Of a stretch of DNA of 32,285 nucleotides, positions 25,064 through 32,285 are shown one piece after another. The DNA is taken from contig JAYEJE010000200.1 of the NCBI GenBank assembly GCA_034660415.1, positions 1 to 32,285 of the forward strand, in the 5' to 3' direction. The notes beneath the pieces are model-generated. The model had not been told where the DNA came from. It did not search any database and saw nothing but the letters and a program-made list of their open reading frames with translations. Numbering within the stretch: the first letter of the stretch is position 1; every line of letters begins with the position of its first letter. Source of the DNA: Methanobacteriota archaeon (GTDB taxonomy: Archaea; Halobacteriota; Syntropharchaeia; Alkanophagales; Methanospirareceae). Made by a program: the position numbers and the translations under genes.

Positions 25064-25605
25064 TGCGACTAACAATAAGCGGTCTTCCAGGCAGTGGAAC
25101 AACAACAGTTGCGAAATTGCTATCGTATGAATTTGAGCTGGAACTAATCTCTGCGGGCGAGATGTTCCGGCGAATAGCGAAGGATAAGAACTTGCAGTTG
25201 GATCAATTTAGCGAATTAGCAGAGAATAACGATGAGTTCGATAGGCAGATAGATGAGATGCAGGGCAAGGAGGCGATGAAGCGTGAGAATGTCATTATAG
25301 AAAGCAGACTATCGGGATTCTTCGTCTCCAAAGCCGATTTGAAGATATGGTTGAAAGCACCTTCGGAAATAAGAGCGAGTAGGATTGCGGGTCGCGAAGG
25401 CATAGCCTATGAAGATGCTCTTTCCACAATGAAAGACCGAGAACGGTCAGAACATAAGCGATATGAGCAATATTACGGGATAAACTTGGACGACTTTTCC
25501 ATTTATGATCTTGTAATCGATTCCTCACGGTGGAACGAGAGGGACATAGTGGCGATGATAAAGGTGGCTGTGGATTGTGTGAGTAAAAAGGACGTATTTG
25601 CTTAG
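25063..25605 (+). CDS. cmk: Archaeal cytidylate kinase
   Basis: TISGLPGSGTTT, SAGEMFR, ESRLSG, RY..YYGI...D.SIYDLVIDS. TGATG overlap with rtcB. Confidence 0.93.
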   Translation: MRLTISGLPGSGTTTVAKLLSYEFELELISAGEMFRRIAKDKNLQLDQFSELAENNDEFDRQIDEMQGKEAMKRENVIIESRLSGFFVSKADLKIWLKAPSEIRASRIAGREGIAYEDALSTMKDRERSEHKRYEQYYGINLDDFSIYDLVIDSSRWNERDIVAMIKVAVDCVSKKDVFA

Positions 25606-25683
25606 CTCCTTTTTATAACCACAAGATTACACAGGTTATCACGAGAAAACGAATGCTATTAACATTGTTTTACTACACTAACC

Positions 25684-26661
25684 TTATAAATACTCTCCCA
25701 ACCTCTTAACCCTACTCACGGGATTGGGATGCGTGGAAAAGATCTCCATCAACCTGTCCGCACGACTCACCTGCGCCCTTTCTGCGAATATTTTCAGTTC
25801 ATATGCGTCTATCTTACCATCTCTGTTCAGATCAGCAGCGCTCAGATCCTTTAAATCGCCTCGTGCTGTTATGGGATCTGCGGCAAAGAAAGCGCGCATG
25901 CTGCCCAGTTCCTTCTTCACCTTCTCCTGCTTCAGACCGGCACTACCATAGATCATTTTGTATAATGCAGAAGCAAGTTCATGAGGCTTCTTCGTTAGCT
26001 CCGCGCTTCCAGCATCTGCATAATATTCCCTTATTCGCGATCCATAAAGCACGATAAGGTTGCTTATGAAATATAATGCAAAGGCAATAAGGGCAATCGC
26101 CATCATAGGTAACGCCCCTTCTCTATCTCTACCGCCACCACCAAAGAGACCGGACCAGAAGAAGCTGAAATAGATAAAGTAGCAGATCATCGGTATCACA
26201 CTCAGCGCCGTTATAACTACCATATCGTGATGCTTTATGTGTGATAACTCATGCCCTAAAACCGCTTCTAACTCATCTCTGCTTAGCATCTGCATCAATT
26301 TTCTCGTAACGCAAACCCTTGCTTTCCTTTTGGATGTGCCGAACGCGAACGCATTCGGTATCGCTATTTCAGAAATCCCTACTTTTGGCTTTGGTATCCC
26401 TGCTTTCATCGCTAATTCCGTCACCAGCCGATGCAATTCCGGCTGCTCGGTCTCCGAAACATAGCGAACGTGCATTGTCTTCTCTACTATCTTTGGACCT
26501 ATAAAGAACTGAGCAGCCACCAATCCACCAGCAAGTAGGGCGTAAACTATCGGCGTGCCCACTCCGGTGAAGGTGGCTATGACGATTAATAGCGCATAGA
26601 TCACCGCAAACAGGAGCAATACACAAAGCCCCATTCGTATTCCCAACCACGCAGTTCGCAT
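25684..26661 (-). CDS. htpX: Membrane zinc metalloprotease HtpX (M48)
   Basis: PNAFAFG, ELEAVLGHELSH (HExxH), SRIREYYAD, FSTHP...R. Confidence 0.95.
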   Translation of the reverse strand: MRTAWLGIRMGLCVLLLFAVIYALLIVIATFTGVGTPIVYALLAGGLVAAQFFIGPKIVEKTMHVRYVSETEQPELHRLVTELAMKAGIPKPKVGISEIAIPNAFAFGTSKRKARVCVTRKLMQMLSRDELEAVLGHELSHIKHHDMVVITALSVIPMICYFIYFSFFWSGLFGGGGRDREGALPMMAIALIAFALYFISNLIVLYGSRIREYYADAGSAELTKKPHELASALYKMIYGSAGLKQEKVKKELGSMRAFFAADPITARGDLKDLSAADLNRDGKIDAYELKIFAERAQVSRADRLMEIFSTHPNPVSRVKRLGEYL

Positions 26662-26729
26662 CTTTTATTCTAGTCTTATATATAAATCTCCTGCTCGTAT
26701 TTATATCTTTTATACACATTAATATTATT

Positions 26730-27113
26730 ATGGGAAGGCGACAGCTCTTATTTGGCGTTGTAATAGCATTACTTATTGCTGCTTCTCTTAACTCGGCATC
26801 GGCATTTGGATTAATGGGTGAAGAGAACGAAAAACATGCGATACAGATAAACGATCTCGGCTGTGAGGTAACCGATTTTGAGATACATGTGAATTTATGG
26901 CATGCAAGCATTGTTGGCAGCCACATTGTGACGCTGAATAATTCCGGTGATACTGTGGTAACTATAAGGTGGAACGAAGAGGGTGCTCAGAACGAGATGA
27001 TAGTGCCGGCGAAGACCGAGAGAAGATATAGCGTTAATTATCGTTTCCAGCTCATCACAATGGATTTCACTTATGAATACAACGCGATATACAAATACAA
27101 AAGTTTTATATAA
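26730..27113 (+). CDS. Hypothetical secreted protein, predicted beta-rich
   Basis: Signal peptide MGRRQLLFGVVIALLIAASLNSASA; fills the gap between htpX and pgi; AT-rich promoter-like region upstream. Confidence 0.65.
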   Translation: MGRRQLLFGVVIALLIAASLNSASAFGLMGEENEKHAIQINDLGCEVTDFEIHVNLWHASIVGSHIVTLNNSGDTVVTIRWNEEGAQNEMIVPAKTERRYSVNYRFQLITMDFTYEYNAIYKYKSFI

Positions 27114-27822
27114 GGAACTGCAACTTTTCGGGCTCTCGAAGTAGTTCGTACATCGCCACTTCATTGGTCAGTTTTATTTGCTTTATCCATGTATCCTCAG
27201 GCTTAAGGAACCTAATATCTGGCACGGTCCCATATTTCTCGTTCTTAATAAACTCGCCGTTGGTCAGCTCGAAGTACGTGGCACCGCCTTTTACTCTTAT
27301 TGGCTCGTAGATCGATGAGAATGTTCTTGCAACCCAGTTAGCCATTTTTAACGTCGCTTCAGATGGGTTTATCGTAACATGCCCATAATTGGGTGGTATT
27401 ATAACCTTATCTCCTTCTTTTGCCTTTACCACAATTACGTCCGTTATCTTCTCTGTACCCCTTTCCTCCTCTCGGCACTGTAAGAGATAATGGGCTTCGC
27501 TTTCTAATACCTCGTACATCTCTGGATAGGTCATTTGTGAACCCGGTAGAAGGGGATGATAGTGTCCCGCGGTTTTAACAAATTCCGCGCCGAGCGTATT
27601 CGGGGGAATAATAGTGATGTCGTATCTCAGCCCTTTTTCCTTTATCCACTCCGCGTCCTCTTCATTCTTTGATACTTCCCTGAACATGTAATACAGCTCC
27701 ATATCCATGTTTGCACTCGCTAAAAAACGCTTGTCTAATACGACTTCCTTCATATCGCCCAATTTCCGCACATCAGGGGAAAAAGTCCTCCCTCCAAACT
27801 TCAATTCAGTCCATGTCGTCAT
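27106..27822 (-). CDS. Cupin-type archaeal glucose-6-phosphate isomerase family protein
   Basis: LYYMFR, LRYDITIIPP, KTAGHYHP, YPEMYEV, IPPNYGHVTIN. Confidence 0.9.
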   Translation of the reverse strand: MTTWTELKFGGRTFSPDVRKLGDMKEVVLDKRFLASANMDMELYYMFREVSKNEEDAEWIKEKGLRYDITIIPPNTLGAEFVKTAGHYHPLLPGSQMTYPEMYEVLESEAHYLLQCREEERGTEKITDVIVVKAKEGDKVIIPPNYGHVTINPSEATLKMANWVARTFSSIYEPIRVKGGATYFELTNGEFIKNEKYGTVPDIRFLKPEDTWIKQIKLTNEVAMYELLREPEKLQFLI

Positions 27823-27909
27823 TTCGCACTACCCTTCACATGAGTTACAATCCAATATCAAAGTTTCTGAATATAAAAGTTTTTGTTTCGCATTTACATT
27901 TCGTTTTTA

Positions 27910-28647
27910 ATGACGGAGAACTTGGAGCAGCGATTTTGGGAGATAGATTTTCTGCGTGGAATTGCGATAATCATGATGATCACGTTCCATTTACTCTATG
28001 ACCTGAATTATTTTGGTGATTACGATCTTAATTTACATTCCGGTTTCTGGTTATATTTTGGGCGTGCAACAGCCACAATCTTTATTCTTCTGGTCGGTAT
28101 CTCACTAACCCTTAGTTACTCAAGGGCTAAGAAGAAACAGAAGAAGAAATTATACCTAAAATATCTCAAACGGGGTGTAAAAATCTTTTCATGGGGTTTA
28201 CTTATTACCTTAGCGACATGGCTATTTTTGAGAGAGGGTTTTGTTGTATTTGGTGTTCTTCATCTTATTGGAATTTCGATTATTATGGCATATCCATTCT
28301 TAAAACTCCGTTTATGGAATCTGCTGCCCGGTATTCTTTTCGTATCTTTTGGACTATACTTGAAGAACTATACTTTCGGGTTCTCTTGGTTAATGTGGTT
28401 AGGACTCATGCCAGAGCACATTTATACTATTGACTATTTCCCGATTTTACCTTGGTTCGGCGTGGTCCTAATTGGGCTATTTTTTGGATATATATCATAT
28501 CCGGACTGCACACGGCGATTTAACCGTTGTGACCTTCCTAATTTCGCTGTTATAAGATTACTTTGCCTTTTTGGTAGGTATTCATTACTAATTTACCTGA
28601 TTCATCAACCAATATTGATTGCAATATTATATCTCGGAGTATTATAA
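27910..28647 (+). CDS. DUF1624 / heparan-alpha-glucosaminide N-acetyltransferase-like membrane protein
   Basis: RFWEIDFLRGIAIIMMITFH..YDL, DYFPILPWFG, GRYSLLIYLIHQP. Confidence 0.88.
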   Translation: MTENLEQRFWEIDFLRGIAIIMMITFHLLYDLNYFGDYDLNLHSGFWLYFGRATATIFILLVGISLTLSYSRAKKKQKKKLYLKYLKRGVKIFSWGLLITLATWLFLREGFVVFGVLHLIGISIIMAYPFLKLRLWNLLPGILFVSFGLYLKNYTFGFSWLMWLGLMPEHIYTIDYFPILPWFGVVLIGLFFGYISYPDCTRRFNRCDLPNFAVIRLLCLFGRYSLLIYLIHQPILIAILYLGVL

Positions 28648-29979
28648 AGATTCCAATATCCTTTTTACCTTATCCTTCTTCCTGACTGCTTCTTCAACAG
28701 CCTTATCCACTTTCCGCTTCATCGCTTCAAAATCTCCTCCAGATTCACCCACGACTTTCTTTATCGGTGTGTACGCGGACTCTCGGAATTTAGGTACAAA
28801 ATCTTTAGTTTCACCGTCAACAACGATTTCGGCACCGTTGCCTTGTACAACACTACCGATCTCTTCTATTCGCACCCCAGCACTTCTTACAACCGCTTTA
28901 ACAGCCTCTGCAACTTCTGCGGGACAAATGACCAGAAGTGCATCCAGAGATACGCCTAAATAGTCTATCTCACGCCGTTTTAGCATTGCAAGCACTTTTT
29001 TATTTACTAAATCCCGTATTCTATCTTCATGAAAGACGAGTTTCACGTGTGACACTTTTGCGATCTCGTTCGCATCGCCCCGGATTCCGCCGTTTGTAAC
29101 ATCGGTCATTAGATGTACCTTTTTCACCATCTCTTCTTTGATAAGCATGTTACAAGCATTCAAAAATTTTATGTTCATCGTTTCCTGCACCACTTCCGGT
29201 TCGCCGTAATACAAAGCGGCAGTCGTTATCGTGCCTCCACCTGCGCCTTCGCTCATCAATATCACATCACCTTCTCTTGCACCTTCTCTCGTTACGACCG
29301 TATCAGCCACGCCAACTGCGCCAACACAGCCGGTCATTCTTTCTCCTATTACCACATCACCACCGATTCTCAATGTCGAACCCGTAACGAGCGGAACGCC
29401 AGCAGCGTCTGATACCGCGGAAATCCCCGCTATATGGTCGAATATCTTCGCAACGTCACCGTCATCCGCCACATGAATGTCCGATAGTAACGCAACTGGT
29501 GTGGCGCCCATCACATACACGTCACGAAGTGCCGCACGCGCAACATGAAAACCAGCGAGAAAAGGAAAATCGCTCAGCCGCGAGTGCATTCCGTCCACAG
29601 TCACCACGATCAACTTTTCCTTACTCCCATCTGGAAGACGCACCACACCGGAATCACTCAGGCTCGATGAGTCAACCACGGCGCCAGTTGCCCCTATTAG
29701 CTCGCCTATCTTCTCATGAGCATAAAAATCACCTGCGCCTCGGGATCCAACCCCCAACTCGCCCATTCTCACGTTTGATTTGAGTTCGGTGATAAGTTCG
29801 TCATTATAATCGAGCGTTATCTTTGATTCTTCTAATACTGCTTCAGCAATTTCTTCTGCTTTTTCTTTCGTTATACGATCTCGTTTTATTTCTACTATGC
29901 GATTGCACAGCTCTGCAATGATCTTACCGTCTGCTTCGCCTTCTCTTAACTCCCGCTTCGCAAATCCCTCGAGGTCCAT
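28642..29979 (-). CDS. AIR synthase-related (PurM/HypE/ThiL fold) protein, methanogen MDLEG-type
   Basis: GVGSRG.GDF, DGMHSRLSDFPFLAGFHVARA.LRD, HLMTDVTNGG.RGD, FRESAYTP.KK. Confidence 0.85.
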   Translation of the reverse strand: MDLEGFAKRELREGEADGKIIAELCNRIVEIKRDRITKEKAEEIAEAVLEESKITLDYNDELITELKSNVRMGELGVGSRGAGDFYAHEKIGELIGATGAVVDSSSLSDSGVVRLPDGSKEKLIVVTVDGMHSRLSDFPFLAGFHVARAALRDVYVMGATPVALLSDIHVADDGDVAKIFDHIAGISAVSDAAGVPLVTGSTLRIGGDVVIGERMTGCVGAVGVADTVVTREGAREGDVILMSEGAGGGTITTAALYYGEPEVVQETMNIKFLNACNMLIKEEMVKKVHLMTDVTNGGIRGDANEIAKVSHVKLVFHEDRIRDLVNKKVLAMLKRREIDYLGVSLDALLVICPAEVAEAVKAVVRSAGVRIEEIGSVVQGNGAEIVVDGETKDFVPKFRESAYTPIKKVVGESGGDFEAMKRKVDKAVEEAVRKKDKVKRILESL

Positions 29980-30222
29980 TTTTCACGCTTTTTACTTTAT
30001 TTCTATTTCAAGTTCTTCTTCGGAATGTAAATTAAATGACAACATACTTCATTTTATTTCCCATAAGAAGAAGTTTTTTGAAGAACAAAAACATAGCAAG
30101 GTATAAGAAAGACAGAAAGGAATATCTCGTTAATCGCGGTTTGGGAATTGAAGGGTTCACAATCACTAAACTTGGGAAAAAGATATTCCAGGGTATAAGC
30201 TATTAAGGAACTTGTTAGAAGA

Positions 30223-30813
30223 ATGAACGTAAGAGAAACCGGAATAGACGAGGGGATTTCGGAAGTAATCGTTACAACGAGATCAGCATCAGGCACCTTC
30301 AATGCTGCCCCTATTGGTATAATAACTACAACTAACGGCCAATTTGTGAAGCTATACAAACGTTCAAGAACCTTTACTAACGTGCAGGAAACGAAGAAAT
30401 TGGCAGCGAATGTAACCAGTGACACGGTCTTATTCGTGAAAGCGGCATTAGATAATCTAGGAGAAGCACATTATTCATCTCTTTCTAGCTTTCCTGTACT
30501 AAAAGAAGCGAACTCATGGATACTATTCCAGGCAGTTTTGGCAGAGAAAAGCACTGAATATTCACTCTTTCAATTGACGCCCCTTACCGTAGAAATCAAT
30601 CGGAAGGAGCTAAAAGCGATAAACAGAGGGCGTAATGCGGTGATTGAAGCCACTATACTCGCAACGAGGTATCTCAGAGTCAACGATGAGCGAGAAAAGG
30701 AAGAGCTAAAAAAACAGATGGAGCGTTATGCCAAAATAGTCGAAAAATGCGGCGGTCATAGAGAGAAAGAAGCGATAAGAATTCTGGAAGAGAAGTCTTT
30801 AGTAATTGTTTAG
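30223..30813 (+). CDS. DUF447 family protein
   Basis: EVIVTT...NAAPIGI, SRTF.N, INRG.NAVIEA.ILATR. Confidence 0.85.
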   Translation: MNVRETGIDEGISEVIVTTRSASGTFNAAPIGIITTTNGQFVKLYKRSRTFTNVQETKKLAANVTSDTVLFVKAALDNLGEAHYSSLSSFPVLKEANSWILFQAVLAEKSTEYSLFQLTPLTVEINRKELKAINRGRNAVIEATILATRYLRVNDEREKEELKKQMERYAKIVEKCGGHREKEAIRILEEKSLVIV

Positions 30814-32121
30814 TTAATCTTGTGGAATTTCGTGTTTTTCCAAACACTCTTTTACCATCTTTATCGCACACAGATCACCACAGATAGAGCATGCATCACT
30901 TTCCGAAGGTCTGCGATTTCTTATCCTTTGCGCCTCCTCCGCAGTCATTGCAATCTCAAATTGCTTCTTCCAATCAAGGTTTCTTCTTGCATATGCCATC
31001 TCATCGTCTAATCCCCTAGCCCGTTCTCGTTGCCCCTCTTTTACTATGTCTGCGACATGCGCAGCGATCTTCGTTACGATCGTGCCTTCCTTTATGTCGT
31101 GCACCGAGGGCAATGCCAAATGTTCTGATGGCGATACCATGCAAAGGAAATCAGCACCGTACATTCCTGCGACCGCACCACCGATCGCACTCACGAAATG
31201 GTCGTATCCGGGTGCGATGTCTGTAACAAGAGGTCCTAAGAGGTAAAGTGGTGCAAAATCAGTCACATGTTTTATTATCTTTACAGATGCTTCTATCTCG
31301 TCTAATGGCACATGCCCAGGACCTTCGACCATTGCCTGTACGCCTTTTTCACGGGCACGTTTCACAAGTTCACCAAGCGTAATAGCTTCTGCAAATTTGG
31401 CACGGTCCGAAGCATCGGAAATGCAGCCTGGACGCATACCATCGCCCAAACTGAGCGTTAACTCATACTCATTCGCTATTTCCAATAGGTAATCATATTC
31501 TTCGTAAAATGGGTTCTCACGCTCGTTATGTATCATCCAAGCAACGAGGAACGCGCCGCCACGACTAACAACATCTAATATGCGCCCGCTAAGTTTCAAT
31601 CGTGCCAGCGAATTCTGATTGACACCGGCATGGACGGTAACAAAATCTATGCCGTCTTTTGCATGGTTTCTTACCGCATTGAACATGTCATCTGAACTCA
31701 TGTCCACTACTGCCCGTTCGTCTGCCTTCTCCAAAGCCGCTTGATATATCGGAACCGTCCCCACCGGCACACCTACCTCTTTCAAAATCGCTCTTCGGGT
31801 TACATCGATGTCCCCGCCAGTAGAGAGGTCCATTATAGCGTCAGCGCCGTATTCTACCGCAACCTTTGCCTTTCTCACTTCTTCCACAACGCTAACATAA
31901 TCCTTTGACGTACCCACGTTAACGTTCACTTTCATACTCATCCTAGCGCCAATAGCTTTTAGCGTTATATCGCTCTCCTCCGCTCTCTTTGCGTTTTTAG
32001 GGATTACAACTCGACCTGCTCCAAGGAGTTGTTTCACTTTTTCCACGTTAACCCCTTCAGCCGAAGAAATTTTTTCTAATTCCTTCTCTTCCCACTTGGC
32101 GGTGCCCGAATTGCTGTTCAT
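30814..32121 (-). CDS. thiC: Phosphomethylpyrimidine synthase ThiC (a Bza-type paralog cannot be excluded)
   Basis: [51 protein letters not shown]-terminal CSICGDLC. Confidence 0.93.
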   Translation of the reverse strand: MNSNSGTAKWEEKELEKISSAEGVNVEKVKQLLGAGRVVIPKNAKRAEESDITLKAIGARMSMKVNVNVGTSKDYVSVVEEVRKAKVAVEYGADAIMDLSTGGDIDVTRRAILKEVGVPVGTVPIYQAALEKADERAVVDMSSDDMFNAVRNHAKDGIDFVTVHAGVNQNSLARLKLSGRILDVVSRGGAFLVAWMIHNERENPFYEEYDYLLEIANEYELTLSLGDGMRPGCISDASDRAKFAEAITLGELVKRAREKGVQAMVEGPGHVPLDEIEASVKIIKHVTDFAPLYLLGPLVTDIAPGYDHFVSAIGGAVAGMYGADFLCMVSPSEHLALPSVHDIKEGTIVTKIAAHVADIVKEGQRERARGLDDEMAYARRNLDWKKQFEIAMTAEEAQRIRNRRPSESDACSICGDLCAIKMVKECLEKHEIPQD

Positions 32122-32285
32122 TTCTTACTTGTTTTTTTTTTCATCCTAGATCGTTAGATATAAGCCGACATATGATATATATACCCCCTCAAAGATATAA
32201 AAATGTTTGTTGCAGCAATCTCATTGATTTCTCAAAAACGGAAAGGAACAAAGAGACGGGGATAAACGCCATAGACCAAAACCGC

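Noticed and set aside
32122-32285. Possible TPP riboswitch upstream of thiC
   Set aside because: No CTGAGA core or other conserved TPP aptamer elements on the minus strand within the window.

Overview
Gene-dense archaeal housekeeping region. Gene content (TBP, aRF1, Csl4-RpoL, eS19-PDCD5, prefoldin beta, CofG, CooC, archaeal TpiA, cupin Pgi) points to a methanogen-related euryarchaeote, possibly ANME-1/Methanophagales-like; the taxonomy is my inference. It holds about 30 intact genes, one tRNA-Gly(CCC) and one complete 1336-bp IS with 30-bp terminal inverted repeats and a 6-bp target duplication. Next to the IS sits an apparently foreign pair of genes: a frameshifted glutamate decarboxylase and a nitrilase-family amidase. 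A patch of gene remnants lies at about 20.2-21.6 kb. The most striking observation is two tandem full-length secY genes behind a detached uL15 gene. The second copy keeps its exoplasmic loops nearly identical at DNA level, but has rewritten the cytoplasmic ribosome-binding loops, TM7 and TM10 and lost the C-tail, which makes it a candidate archaeal accessory translocon. An EMC6-like insertase subunit gene lies nearby. Other oddities: the rpoL stop codon lies inside the tRNA-Gly gene; an unannotated Zn-ribbon ORF with no canonical start follows the tpiA amber codon in frame; an orphan bacterial-type RuvC is present; and there are two families of dispersed intergenic repeats. All assignments come from motif recognition by eye; no searches were run.
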